A stretch of DNA of 63,356 bases, the filler included, from Stramenopiles sp. TOSAG23-2 (taxonomy: Eukaryota), in NCBI GenBank assembly GCA_900128395.1. It is 7 parts of 7 records of this genome, joined end to end, with 100 filler letters (N's around TTAATTAATTAA, not from the genome) between each part and the next. Parts side by side here need not be neighbours in the genome. Positions count along the whole stretch, not along the records: positions 45,342 to 54,304 come from LT650140.1; positions 54,405 to 63,356 come from LT650141.1; 5 more parts are not named here. The stretch is one strand, 5' to 3'. The number at the start of each line of letters is the position of its first letter. The first letter of the stretch is position 1. The position numbers and the translations under genes were made by a program. Under the pieces are notes generated by a model, which saw only the letters and a list, made by a program, of their open reading frames with translations, was not told where the DNA came from and did no database searches. This document shows, one piece after another, positions 45,344 through 57,387 of this stretch.

Positions 45344-48300
45344 AGTAGTAGTAGTAGTAATAATAATAGTAATAATAACAATGTTGTAGATAATAAGAAG
45401 AAAGAAAAGAAGAAAAAAGCTTTGCCCAAAAATTTAACACCAGCTATGATGAAAAAGCTTATGAAGGAAGCTCAAAAAAATAAAGGTAAAAAGAAAAAAA
45501 ACACTGCTGGAACTTCATCAAACAAGGCATCTACTGCTAATAAAACTACAAGTGTCGCGAAATCAACAACAAACAATGCAAAATCATCAAGTGGTGGAGG
45601 AGCGAAAGGTATGACAAATTTGAAGAAACTAGGTAAGGAAGACCATCCAATGTTATCGTCAATAATAGCATTATTGCTTGAGTCAAATGCTAATATAACA
45701 AAAAATGCTAATAGTTTAATGAAATCTGTATCTACAGCAGGTTCTGGGATAGAATTGTTACAAGCTTTGGTTGCATCGTATCGACGTAATTTATTCCGTC
45801 AGGGCAAGCAATTAACAAATAAACGAAAGAAACTTGGTGATAAGTTAGATGAACAAATGCCAAAAGTTTATGCAAAGAATGTGGAAACATTAAATGTATT
45901 ATCTAAGTGTTATAGGGCACTTAATGCAGAGAATCACAATAATCCAATTATGGCTGACATTTTATTTTGCTCGCACCATCCTGCATTATCGAAAGGGCAA
46001 AAAAAAAGTTATAAAATATGGACACAATCTCTGAATGTATCTGTCGGTGATGATGGTAATGCTAACTTTTTAGCATACAATGGCATAGCTGAATTAATTT
46101 GTAGATCCGATAGGCATGGTATTTTCTCAACAACTACTATGGAACGAGCAGCATCAAAACGATTACTTAGCACGATGACGAAATATGGAAATGGCGAAAC
46201 ATCTACGTTTATTAAAATGAATGTTATACCATTAATCTGTGATAAATTAAGTTCAACAAATAACATTTTCATTAATTTAACATCAAAAGAAATTGGTATT
46301 TACAATACACCAAAAGGACAAGTTTATGAAAAAGCAGCTTTAAATGCTTCTCAAAACGATTCCCAAAAACAATTCAGAGGAACAGAAGATCAACGTTGGG
46401 AAGAACAAGTTAGATTGGAATTGGAAAAGAAGAAAAAAGCCGAAGAAGCCGCGAAAAGAGCGAAGGCTGGTAAGCTAGATCCCGAAGTGGAAAAGAAATT
46501 GAAAGAAGAACAAGAGATTCGCGATAATATAAATAATCATGTAAATACTACATTATATGGCTTAGAAAGCGTTCAAGCGATGGCCAAAGGTGATAGGGGA
46601 TTTGTATATGGAAACGTATCATCTCTTTTAGCTGCTACTCATGTGTTTTTAGATTTTGAAAAATCATTTCAAAATATGCATAAGCGAACATTAACAACCG
46701 TTCAAGATTTGGCTAAATGCACGCAAGATCCTGTAGGCGATGAGTTATTTGAGGAAGTAACGTCGTTGTATTACATTGCAACGAGAAATAAAACATTATC
46801 TGAAGAAGATGGCAGCTTGAACCTTACTAGGATATTAGTTGATACTATTTATGAAAAATGGAATGCTGCACCAGCAAATATGAAAATATTTTTTTCCGCT
46901 GGCACATTAGAATTTTTATTACCAATTTTTTCTCACGTAGCCAAATCAAAAAATGTGACCGGAAAATTGCGTTCTAAGGCATTCACATTATCAACTGCGC
47001 ATATACTATTGGACAATTTACCTCCAAAATTTCGATTGATGATTACAAAGACTGCTTTACATTTATTAAATGTTGCACAAGGAATGTCACCTAGTCCAAT
47101 AGACACATTGAAAATGTTATGCAGTAGTGGTGAAGGTATATTTACAATTGGTGAATTTGATCATCTATGTGGGGACGATGGGCTTCTATCGCTACAATCG
47201 CATGTCCGTAAAGGTGTATTAACAGCAATGATGGAATTAAATGAAAATGCAGAATTTAATACAAGCAATAAATATTTATTGCGTTTATGGTTAGCCCAGT
47301 TCGATGCGGACAAAGATAATTTAGAATTTGCTGAAGATGCATGGGGTGATTTATTTGGAGATGATGATGAAGGTATTTTGCCATCGACTGGATTTGATGA
47401 ACATTTTATCGAGTTGATGTGTCATAAAGATCGGCTTATACAGCGCATGGCGGCAGATGCGTTATCTGGTGCCATGGGTGTTCACAGCGATGACCTTGAA
47501 ATGATTTTAAAAAAATTGTTAGATTTGTTTCGGTCAAAAGCCCCATTATCAGAGGAAGAGAAAAACGAGAAGAAGAAAAATGCAGCAAAACCAAAATTCG
47601 CAGAAGCACGGGCAAAGAAAAAGGAAATTGATCCAAATATTGCCATTTTTGCTGGCACGCGAGGAGCTGTTGGTCGAGTATTCGGCGCAGCTGGTGATGA
47701 AGAAGTATTTTCTTTAGACAATGTTGAACATGCATTTGGGTTTTTGATTGAAAATGGATTGAGAGATGTAGATTCATATGTTAGACAGGAAATGACGAAT
47801 TCAGGGATGAGACTAGTATCGCAATATGGTAAAGATGCTTCAGATCGATTTTTACGTATATTTGAAATAGCATTAGGAAAGGCAGAAGCAGCGGAGAAAA
47901 ATAAAAACTTGACGGAAGCGGAATATTTATTATACGATCACCAACGTGAAGGTGTCATTGTATTTATGGGTACAATTGCGAAGTATATGGATCCACAAAA
48001 TCCTAAAATACCCACTATAATTGAAACATTGATACAAGCATTACGTACTCCATCGCAAGATGTACAATTAGCAGTTGCTGGATGTTTGCCAGCGATTATG
48101 AAGTTAGAGAAAAAACGCGTTGGTAATGATGGGGGTAAACATATTATAACTACATTGTTAGATCGAGTATTAAATGAGGAAACGTATGGGGAGCGTCGAG
48201 GTGCTGCGCATGGCTTAGCGGCTTCTGTGAAAGGTTTGGGAATACCAGTACTGACAACTTTCTCTGTTATTCCAAAATTGAAAGAAGCTGCTGGAAATCG

Positions 48301-51300
48301 AAAAAAATTTGAGCACAGACAAGGCGCATTATTTTGCTTTGAACGTCTTTGCATCACACTAGGACTTTTGTTTGAACCATTTGTCATTCAACTATTGGAA
48401 AGCATGTTAATTTTAGTTAGTGATCGCCATCCACAAGTGAGTGAAGCGGCAAGAGACGCCACTAGGGCAGTCATGACAAAGTTGAGTGCTCATGGCGTTA
48501 AGCTTGTCATGGAACCTTTGTTAAAAGCGCTCGAAGCTCCAAAATGGCAAAGTAAAGTTGCCAGTATTAGTATGCTTGGATCTATGTCATACTGCGCACC
48601 TAAACAATTGGCATCATGCTTACCTAAGGTCATGCCAAAATTAAACATTGCATTGGCAGATGCTCATCCACGAGTTCGTAAAGCTGGATTGGCGGCGCTT
48701 GATGATGTTAGCTCCGTTATTACCAACCCAGAAATTTCAAGCATTGCGTCCAAATTACGGGATGCCATGGCTGATCCACCCCAGTTTACAGAAGTTACAT
48801 TGAAAGAGCTGGAAGAGATCGAATTTGTAAACCCTGTTGATGCACCTGCATTAGCAATGATCATGCCGGTCGTACTAAGAGGAATTTCGGATCGATCAAC
48901 AAAATCAAAATCAGCTGCTGCACGTATTGTCGGGGGAATGTGCAATATGGTAAGTGAGTCTAAAACATTAATGCCATATAAAGAGGATTTGCTAAATGCA
49001 TTGAAAAAAACACTTGCTGATCCGATACCAAATGTCCGCGCATTAGCAGCTCAAGGATTGGGTGAAATGGTTCGTGGTATGGGAGAATCTGAATTCCCAA
49101 ATCTTGTTGCATATTTGATTGAAACTACTAAGAGTGATACAACCACTGTTGAGCGATCTGGTGGTGCACAAGGTTTGAGCGAAGTACTTGTTGCGCTTGG
49201 TCCGGAACGACTGGAAAATACATTGTTAAAGGAGTTGTTACCATGTCAATCCAACGCAGAGGCGTATGTTCGGGAAGGTGTCATGTGGATCTTAGCATTT
49301 TTACCACCTATCATGGGAGGGCATTTTGCTGAAATTTTAGAACATGCTTTGCCAGTAGTATTAAAATCATTATCCGATGAAGCAGAATTTGTACGCAATG
49401 TTTCGTTAAAGGCTGGTCAAATTATTGTTACCCAACATGCAGTATCACATACAGATCTTTTGTTGCCGCTAATTGAAAATGCCATGTTCGATGCTGACTG
49501 GAGAATTAGACAAAGTGCAGTTCAATTATTGGGTGACTTATTGTTTCAAATTGCTGGAATCAAACGCCAAGGTGCTGATAAATATGGTAATTCTAACGCT
49601 GCAGTTAATAAAGATGGACCGGAAGATGCTAACAAGAATGACGAGGACGAGCATTCTAGCGATGATGATGCGACTAGTGCATATAATACAGAGAAAATTA
49701 CCGAAGTTGATACTGAAGCTCATGTCGGATCGAATAAAGCCGAGAAGGATTTAATTAAAGGTCTCGGGGAAGCTCGTCATAGTGCAGTAATAGCATCCCT
49801 ATATATTGTCCGTGCGGATCGTAGTATGGTTGTGCGCCAAGCTGCAATTCAAGTATGGAAAATGGTGGTGTACAATACTGGGCGTACCATGCGTATTGTC
49901 TTGCCAGCATTAATGGACTACGTAATAAATTTTCTTTCTAGTGACGATGAAGATAAAAGGTTCACTGCCGGAACTGCTTTAGGGGATATCGTTAGAAAAT
50001 TAGGAGACAGAGTGCTTCCGCGGATGGTTCCGATTTTAAAAGATGGTTTATCGGCTGAATATGAAGGCCAACGCCAAGGTGTTTGCCGTGGTTTGGTAGA
50101 ACTAATTGGTGCTGCTGGACGGCGGAATTTACAAACGTATGCTGAAGATTTGATATCTGCAGTAAAAATTGCATTGTGTGATACATCCCAAGAGGTACGT
50201 GAATCGGCTGCAACGGCGTTTAACTCTTTACATAAGCAAGTAGGTCAAGATGTAATGAACATAATTTTCCCAGCTTTGTTGGAAATGTTAGAAAATGGCG
50301 ATAAACAAGCATTATTAGGTATTAAAGAAGTAGTAGCTCAAAAAAGTGGAGAATTATTGCCATATTTAATTCCTAAGTTAATAAAACCTATTCCACTGGG
50401 CAATTTTCAAGCGACTGCAATTGAGGCGGTAGCATCTGTTAGTGGATCTATGTTGCACCACCATGTCAATACGCTGCTACCGGCAATTATTGAAAGTATC
50501 GTTCATTATGAAGAAAATAGCGACGTTGAGAATAAAGACGTCTGTAAAAGCGCACTGCAAGGCGTTGTATGTTCGATTGAGGATATAGGTGTACAATGGA
50601 CATGCGTTGAATTGGGGAAACATTTGAAAAATGACAATTCCGTATGGAGAGCAACCAGTTTTTGGGCAATTAATGAATTTTTGCTTAACACGAAAGCAGA
50701 TTATTCTGCGCAATTACCAATGTTATTAAAAGATATATTCAATGGATTTTTCGACGAGGATCAAACGGTTCTTGTTGCTGCAAGTGGGTGTCTTGCTACC
50801 GTCAACAAAGTAGTTGACATTGTGGAATTGCTTGGAAATTTAGATTTTATCCGTCAAACCGTCAGTGCACAAGTGAGCAAGTTAAAATATGGCACACAAG
50901 GAATACAAGATGAAGTGTTTGTACCTGGATATAACATTCCCAAAGGCCTTGCCCCAGTCGTTCCAGTGTATTTGCATGGTTTGATGTACGGATCAACATT
51001 GCAGCGTGAATGTGCGGCAGAGGGAATTGGCGAATTGGTTAAATATTCCACCACTGACAGTTTAAAGCGCTATTTTGTTAAATTAACTGGCCCGCTGATT
51101 CGTGTAGTCGGTGATCGTTTCCCATCTTCGGTAAAAGGTGCCATTTTAAAAACATTGATTTTATTACTTGGTAAAGCTGGTGTCAAATTACGGGCCTTTT
51201 TGCCACAGTTGCAGACAACATTTTTGAAGAATATTCCAGACACAAGTCATATAGTTCGTAAATTAAGTGTGGAGGCACTTGATGCTTTATTACCAATGGT

Positions 51301-51514
51301 AACGCGGGTAGATCCATTAGTGACGGAGGTATTGAACGGTTTAATTGCAGCTGAATTAACGGGAGTGAAGGAATCGTACGCGATTGCTTTGGCAAATATC
51401 ATTAAAGTTAAGAAGGACAAGATATCAGAGAAATTGAAAGATCAAATTGCTGATTTTTTGAAAAATAAGAATGAAAATGAAGATATCGAGAAAACTTTAA
51501 CTAGTGTGCTGTAA
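45344..51514 (+). CDS. GCN1: eIF2-alpha kinase activator GCN1 (HEAT repeats), 5'-partial
   Basis: ALRTPSQDVQLAVAGCL, YGERRGAAHGLA, LSAHGVKL, CAPKQLASCLP, VERSGGAQGLSEV, WRIRQSAVQLLGDLL, TGPLIRVVGDRF, FLPQLQTTF; frame open to the contig start. Confidence 0.95.
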   Translation, partial: SSSSSNNNSNNNNVVDNKKKEKKKKALPKNLTPAMMKKLMKEAQKNKGKKKKNTAGTSSNKASTANKTTSVAKSTTNNAKSSSGGGAKGMTNLKKLGKEDHPMLSSIIALLLESNANITKNANSLMKSVSTAGSGIELLQALVASYRRNLFRQGKQLTNKRKKLGDKLDEQMPKVYAKNVETLNVLSKCYRALNAENHNNPIMADILFCSHHPALSKGQKKSYKIWTQSLNVSVGDDGNANFLAYNGIAELICRSDRHGIFSTTTMERAASKRLLSTMTKYGNGETSTFIKMNVIPLICDKLSSTNNIFINLTSKEIGIYNTPKGQVYEKAALNASQNDSQKQFRGTEDQRWEEQVRLELEKKKKAEEAAKRAKAGKLDPEVEKKLKEEQEIRDNINNHVNTTLYGLESVQAMAKGDRGFVYGNVSSLLAATHVFLDFEKSFQNMHKRTLTTVQDLAKCTQDPVGDELFEEVTSLYYIATRNKTLSEEDGSLNLTRILVDTIYEKWNAAPANMKIFFSAGTLEFLLPIFSHVAKSKNVTGKLRSKAFTLSTAHILLDNLPPKFRLMITKTALHLLNVAQGMSPSPIDTLKMLCSSGEGIFTIGEFDHLCGDDGLLSLQSHVRKGVLTAMMELNENAEFNTSNKYLLRLWLAQFDADKDNLEFAEDAWGDLFGDDDEGILPSTGFDEHFIELMCHKDRLIQRMAADALSGAMGVHSDDLEMILKKLLDLFRSKAPLSEEEKNEKKKNAAKPKFAEARAKKKEIDPNIAIFAGTRGAVGRVFGAAGDEEVFSLDNVEHAFGFLIENGLRDVDSYVRQEMTNSGMRLVSQYGKDASDRFLRIFEIALGKAEAAEKNKNLTEAEYLLYDHQREGVIVFMGTIAKYMDPQNPKIPTIIETLIQALRTPSQDVQLAVAGCLPAIMKLEKKRVGNDGGKHIITTLLDRVLNEETYGERRGAAHGLAASVKGLGIPVLTTFSVIPKLKEAAGNRKKFEHRQGALFCFERLCITLGLLFEPFVIQLLESMLILVSDRHPQVSEAARDATRAVMTKLSAHGVKLVMEPLLKALEAPKWQSKVASISMLGSMSYCAPKQLASCLPKVMPKLNIALADAHPRVRKAGLAALDDVSSVITNPEISSIASKLRDAMADPPQFTEVTLKELEEIEFVNPVDAPALAMIMPVVLRGISDRSTKSKSAAARIVGGMCNMVSESKTLMPYKEDLLNALKKTLADPIPNVRALAAQGLGEMVRGMGESEFPNLVAYLIETTKSDTTTVERSGGAQGLSEVLVALGPERLENTLLKELLPCQSNAEAYVREGVMWILAFLPPIMGGHFAEILEHALPVVLKSLSDEAEFVRNVSLKAGQIIVTQHAVSHTDLLLPLIENAMFDADWRIRQSAVQLLGDLLFQIAGIKRQGADKYGNSNAAVNKDGPEDANKNDEDEHSSDDDATSAYNTEKITEVDTEAHVGSNKAEKDLIKGLGEARHSAVIASLYIVRADRSMVVRQAAIQVWKMVVYNTGRTMRIVLPALMDYVINFLSSDDEDKRFTAGTALGDIVRKLGDRVLPRMVPILKDGLSAEYEGQRQGVCRGLVELIGAAGRRNLQTYAEDLISAVKIALCDTSQEVRESAATAFNSLHKQVGQDVMNIIFPALLEMLENGDKQALLGIKEVVAQKSGELLPYLIPKLIKPIPLGNFQATAIEAVASVSGSMLHHHVNTLLPAIIESIVHYEENSDVENKDVCKSALQGVVCSIEDIGVQWTCVELGKHLKNDNSVWRATSFWAINEFLLNTKADYSAQLPMLLKDIFNGFFDEDQTVLVAASGCLATVNKVVDIVELLGNLDFIRQTVSAQVSKLKYGTQGIQDEVFVPGYNIPKGLAPVVPVYLHGLMYGSTLQRECAAEGIGELVKYSTTDSLKRYFVKLTGPLIRVVGDRFPSSVKGAILKTLILLLGKAGVKLRAFLPQLQTTFLKNIPDTSHIVRKLSVEALDALLPMVTRVDPLVTEVLNGLIAAELTGVKESYAIALANIIKVKKDKISEKLKDQIADFLKNKNENEDIEKTLTSVL

Positions 51515-51895
51515 AAAAAAATGTGTATTCGTATGATATCATAGATCAGATATTACTCGAACTGTCTTTCGTAAAATATCATACGTACGCGAGCGAGTGT
51601 GACATCTCTCCATATATATATATATTATATATACCGGCTTCGTATATATTATATATAACACGTGAGCACAGCATCGCTTTCTCTCTCTCTCTCTTACAAA
51701 TTATTTGGAATTGAAATATAAAAATGCATGCATGCATGCATCGGTGTTTTTTGTTTATTTTTTTTATTTGCTTGGAATATACCAATTTTTCTTATTTAAT
51801 AATAATGATGGTTAAAATTTGTCTGTCGTAACATGTTTCCACATGCCTCATTATTCGAAATATAACGTTTCTTGTTCTGTAAACAAACGAATTAC

Positions 51896-53428
51896 TTAAA
51901 CTACTGCTGCACGTGCTCTTTTTGCTTTTGGAGTTTTCTTTTTTTTTTTTGCTGGTCGTGAACTTGCACCATCAACATTTTTAATATTTTTGGCATCTCC
52001 CCACCATGCAATTTTTACTTTCGATGTGACTTCTCTTTCACTTAATCCAGCAAAAGCTTCTTTGTTGTCTTCCAAGTGTTTTTTACGGAATATCATGTAA
52101 GGTGTGGGGGTACCTGCGGGGGTTTTTGGCCGTGGTTGTACAGGTTGAGCCGACTTTGGGCGCTTTCGTTTTTTTCTTTTCGTTGCTAATTTTAGCAAGC
52201 GTCTTTTTTCCCTAGACAAATCTTTGTCACGTTTCATTTTTTGTGTGATCTCTTTCAAATATTCAGCTTGATATGCTCTCCATGCTACTTTAATCTTATC
52301 AGTTGTTTCTTTTTTCGCTAAATCCAAACCGTATAATAAACGGTAGCCGGAACGGAAAATTTGGTAAGGTGTCAATTCACCTTTTTCATAAGCACCAACA
52401 GCTTTGATTTCGCTAACTTTGCCAGCTTTCTTTTCTTTTTCCGCTTCGATTTTTACAACTTCCTCGCGTTTTCTTTTTGTAATGCGAGCAATAGCACGAA
52501 TTTCTTCTTTTTTCTTTTGTTTATTCCATTCTGTTTTGATGATGTCTGTGCGTTCTTTCTCCTTCATATGCTCAAACCTGTCGCGGTTAATATCCATGTA
52601 ACCATATCGGAATATAATGTAGTCTGAAACTTTCGTGCCTTCTGCAACTGGGACTTGTGTACGTCCTAATTTTCGTAACCATTCTTTGTGTTTCTTTTCT
52701 CTTCGTTTTTGATCTTTGGCATTTTTCTCTGCAACTTTTGCTGCACTAAGTGTTTTTCTGACACCTTTGGCAGCTTTGCCCTTGACCTCTTTCGTCATTT
52801 CTTGTTTCTTTTTCGTCCAAGCATTTTTTATTGCTGCTGTCTTGGCTTTTTCGTCCATGATTTGAAGAGAATCGTAATTTTTGCAAATGTATTGTAACTT
52901 AAACTTTTGATATTTAGAAGTATCTTTCCAAGCAGATTTAATCATGGCCGTTTTTTCACGTTTACTCTTGCCTTTAAATTCTGCCCTATGCTCATTGATA
53001 TATTTAGTACGGAATAAAATATATGGTGTCATGCCATCCGTTGGCTTTTCCAACTTTTTGCCCCAAGCTTTTTTGATGATGTTCGTGCGCTCGCTTTTAG
53101 ATTTGCCACGCATCAATTTTGGATATTTGTTCATAAACTCAAGACGAAATCTCATGTAATCAGTTGCATTTTCTGGAATAATTTTCTTTTTAAATGCTCT
53201 TGGTTTTTTTTTCTTTTTGGCTGGTTGTGGCGGTGCTCCCAATACAGCTGCTGATTTTTGCGCATCAGACATTGCTTGAGTTCTGTTATTGTTAGTACCA
53301 CCATCTACTGACCTTGTGCCAGGTGGTGGCAAATAAGAAGCTTTTGGATTATTAGGTCTTGCTTTTGGAATTGGTTTTGGACCTGGGCGTTTTTTGCCGC
53401 CTTTGCTTGGTGCAGTTTTCTTTGGCAT
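51896..53428 (-). CDS. Very basic protein with six HMG-box/YABBY-like two-helix repeats
   Basis: Six units of pattern (T/S)xY..F(R/K)...~20 aa...(I/V)K.(A/E)W; likely start at MPKKTAPSK (53428). Confidence 0.7.
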   Translation of the reverse strand: MPKKTAPSKGGKKRPGPKPIPKARPNNPKASYLPPPGTRSVDGGTNNNRTQAMSDAQKSAAVLGAPPQPAKKKKKPRAFKKKIIPENATDYMRFRLEFMNKYPKLMRGKSKSERTNIIKKAWGKKLEKPTDGMTPYILFRTKYINEHRAEFKGKSKREKTAMIKSAWKDTSKYQKFKLQYICKNYDSLQIMDEKAKTAAIKNAWTKKKQEMTKEVKGKAAKGVRKTLSAAKVAEKNAKDQKRREKKHKEWLRKLGRTQVPVAEGTKVSDYIIFRYGYMDINRDRFEHMKEKERTDIIKTEWNKQKKKEEIRAIARITKRKREEVVKIEAEKEKKAGKVSEIKAVGAYEKGELTPYQIFRSGYRLLYGLDLAKKETTDKIKVAWRAYQAEYLKEITQKMKRDKDLSREKRRLLKLATKRKKRKRPKSAQPVQPRPKTPAGTPTPYMIFRKKHLEDNKEAFAGLSEREVTSKVKIAWWGDAKNIKNVDGASSRPAKKKKKTPKAKRARAAVV

Positions 53429-54304
53429 TTTGGTCTTGTTGCAACTTAAAAAACTTTTTAATTGATTCAAATAATACTAATAAAAATATGTAAAGCTTAA
53501 TCCACGAAATGAATTATGTTTGTTTTATTATGTACTTGTGCTCTTTTTCGCTGTTGTTATCTGTTTTCTGTTGGATGTTACGTTGTATCTTAAATGTAAC
53601 GACCAAGTTACAGTGGTACATATGTACATGTTTGAACAAAAAAGGTCTGTGTTCTGGTGTTCTCATGCGTGTTGTTCGGGTATATAAGTTGCCAAAAAAT
53701 AATGATTTAGCAGGTACATAGCATCTCTTTCCTGAAACCAAATCAATACAATCCAAAAAAGAATAAAATGGCAATGTTGAGGGAGGGATGCTATTTCCAT
53801 AATAAAATTATAACCACACAATAACGATATTTTTTTAAAAATGGATTTAAAATGTCTATAATTACGTTTTGTTCCTTCTGAATACCATAAGAATAGCATT
53901 ATGGAATATTTGTTCCAAAAAATTACAACCGATGGATGGAAATTTCTTTATCAACTAAAACTTAAAAAATTCAAATAATAGAAAACACCATTTTTGTACC
54001 GCAGGTAATTAGCATGGAAAAAGGAATACTGTACAGTACGTGAACGAGTGCACGAGTGCTCGAGTTCAGACAACTAGCAACACGAGAGTTTCAGAGTTGC
54101 AATCAAGTATCCCAAATTATTTTAATTATTTCAATTATATGCCTATGAAAACACTACAAATTTTTAATTCAGAGTAAAGGCTGATGCTGTATGCTGTGGT
54201 GGTGGTAATCGGAACACATTTTAATATTCAACCCAAAAATCCTTTAAGTTACCTGATAAACGAATGGCACTATGCTTGAGACTTTTTTTTTTTTACGAGA
54301 TGTA

Positions 54305-54404
54305 NNNNNNNNNNNNNNNNNNNNNNNNNNNNNNNNNNNNNNNNNNNNTTAATTAATTAANNNNNNNNNNNNNNNNNNNNNNNNNNNNNNNNNNNNNNNN
54401 NNNN
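54305..54404. other. Artificial contig linker
   Basis: 44 N + TTAATTAATTAA + 44 N. Confidence 0.98.
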
Positions 54405-55085
54405 TAGTAATAGTATGGATATAGCGTTGAAACGAACTTCGATTGCTAATCTCATTTATTTCGAGCATTTTTTCTAAAATTATTATTTATATACGCGTGG
54501 ATTATTATATTACGTAGTTGCTACCACAAGTAAATAAAAGGTAGATACATTTATTTCACACTTTCCAAAAAGGTAGGCGGTGGTACTTCTCAGCTTTTAT
54601 CTACGTAAGAGTACCAGATATTTATACTTAAAATAATATTTAATAGAATGGCATTATAAATTACCCATTGCAATGCCATTATCTCTTTAGTGTTGCTAGT
54701 TGATAAAATGTATTATATACTATAGGATAAATATAATATTACAAAAATGTAGATAGAAAGAGAAGGAAAAAGTATCAAGAGATAGAGAAACAACGAATAT
54801 TATAATTACAACCGGAAGGTCCATTTAATTGACAGTATCGATTGTTTCATTGATATATCCTCGTCATTTACAAATTTTATACTTTTCAAAGTTTAAGAAA
54901 AGAGAAAAAGAATTTATAGAAATCAAATTATTCAATAATTATTCCAAATATTGCGTCAAAAAATAGACAAACAAAAATAGCACTTCACATATACGTAAAT
55001 ATTTAGATACATATAAGTAAACATTTATATCATTCAACCGTCTTGCCTATATTTTTGAAATTTTTTAAGGCGATCTTAGCTGCTG

Positions 55086-55460
55086 ATGAACATGAATAAT
55101 GATGACAATGGCAACCCAAATGAAAATAGCAAAAAAAGTGGGTCAGTATCATTAGATAATTTCTGGCAACAAAATGGTGAGGGAAGTAATTTTGGAATTT
55201 ATTCCATGATGAATGAGGATATAGGTGAATCGTCTGTAGATGAACTAGAAGATTTATTTAGCACTGCTGTAGGGGATATTCCATCTCAAAATAACTTTAG
55301 TGCTGCAATTGCATCTGCGATAGCAGTTGTACCTCAAAACCAAGTAATTAGAAATGACAACGATAGTGGTAGTAGCAGTAAACCAATTGTGACTGCGATA
55401 AATAATAGCAGTAATACTAGACCAAGAAAGAAAAAGAAAAGAAAATTCCCTTCTACAACA

Positions 55461-55495
<35 letters not shown>

Positions 55496-56834
55496 CGCCA
55501 CAAACAACGTAACCAATGGTAGTAGTTCCAAAAACGCTTCAATAGTGACGTCAACAAACTCCAGCAATAAAGTAGTAAAGAAACAAAAGATAGAAAGTCT
55601 CAGTAAAAAAATGAATATAAATAATAAAAAAAAATCCGTAAATGTATCTCCAACAGTCACTGTTGATGGTGCTTCAACTATGATAGAAGATAAAGATAAT
55701 AATAATAATAATAATATCAACAACCATAATAGTGCATTCGCAAAAGTAACTGGACAGCAAGCTATTAAAAAAGGGAAAAAGAAAAGTTATTACAAACAAA
55801 AATCGTTTGTATATAATGGAACGAGATGCCGTTTTCCCATTAATTCTGATGATGATTTATTACTAGATCCTGTCGTTTGGTACCGTGCATGTATAGATTT
55901 TCAACGTGCTGGTATTCTTTCTGAACTTAAATTGACCAAGATTAATCATGAAAGCCAATTTCCAGAGGATGCATATCACTTGCCTTTATCATTTGAGAAA
56001 AGGCAGGATCTCACTCCGTTGTACCGAAGATTTTACAGTGCGTTACCATTGTCGGGTGTGATTAAGTTATGCATTTATCGATATTTAGTTGATTTGTTAA
56101 TGGCGAAAAAAGTACAAAGATTAAAAACTAAATTCGATCGAGTGCATCTGGAACACTGGATTGATGTTGACAACCGTGCTCAAGAAGCAGTTGCATTTTT
56201 ATTTAGACATGACTTAGAAAAGCATCCTTTGGCAAATTCCAGTTCCATACCAATTACACCTGATCAACTAACACTTTCATCGTCAGATTTAAGATTAGGA
56301 AGCTTGGGATTTACACCTGCACTGAGACCAATGGAGAATGCCGATAAATATTACATTTCAAACTTTCAGGATAAGAGACCAAAATTTTCTGGTAACACTC
56401 ATGGCGGTGCTTCTTCTGTTTCTCGGGCGCGATTAAAACTTTCTCCATATGGGAAGTTTGAATTAAAATTAAATGCCACAACCTTTCAGCCAACATTGCA
56501 TTCAGAGCTCATTTATTACTTAAAAAACTCAGTTGACATGAGTGAGCTTCAACCAGCATTCACGCGTGGTGTGTGCTATATCACAGCTGGCCCAACAAGA
56601 AGAGGAAGGAAGTTTTACATTGATAAAAACCATGAACCAAGTAAATACAGGCAAACGTTAGCGCATTGGCATATCGATAGCCAAGGCAATTACTTAGATT
56701 CATTGCGTAGAAAGATATGCTCCCACTTGTCTGGTCATATCTGTTCATGCGCCGTATTTGCGATGAAACAAAAATGGGGAGATGCTTATTTTGAAGCTAA
56801 GATGATGGAAATAGAAGTGTTTTTAGATCTGTAA
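55086..56834 (+). CDS. Hypothetical, probably nuclear protein (acidic/low-complexity N-half, globular Cys/His-containing C-half)
   Basis: 582-aa ORF; NLS-like RPRKKKKRK; poly-T and poly-N tracts; no family confidently recognised. Confidence 0.7.
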
Positions 56835-57387
56835 ATATAGTGTGTAATAAACACAAGTGGTTATTACTTCAAAAATATTAAAAATAAAGGAGAGAGGAGG
56901 GCATTTTAAAATACTCGTGTACGAAGACGTATTTTTTTAATTAAATGTTAGGATGGTTAAAATCTACTCGTTATATAATAATTTTACTTCCCGTGGTAAA
57001 TAATATGATGCTCAAATACTCAAACAACGCAAGGAGAATTAAAATATCCCCTTTTCCTCCAAGGTTTTCCCTGTCCCTTTAATGAGTTGAACGGGATGAG
57101 GTATTCTAAAAAGTATATAATCCTATATTCTATGGTGGCGGCGGCTATATCAGTATAAGTTAGTAGATTGAAAAAATTCTTCATTAATTCTAAAAATAAT
57201 TTAAATTCTAAAAGGTTAATACAAAAATTAATAATATATGAAAAGACGAAAAACATAATCATAATATTCTAAATATAGATAATAACGTTCACATATCTGA
57301 ATGATAATATATATATGGCATTGAATCAATCCGAAAATACCATCGAAAAGATAACTGGAAAAAAAAAAAGAAAGTTAAAGAAATAAT

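Noticed and set aside
54049-54066. Short triple CGAGT(G/T) repeat near a contig end, and doubled 8-9-mers at ~24265-24301
   Set aside because: Too short and isolated to support any element call.
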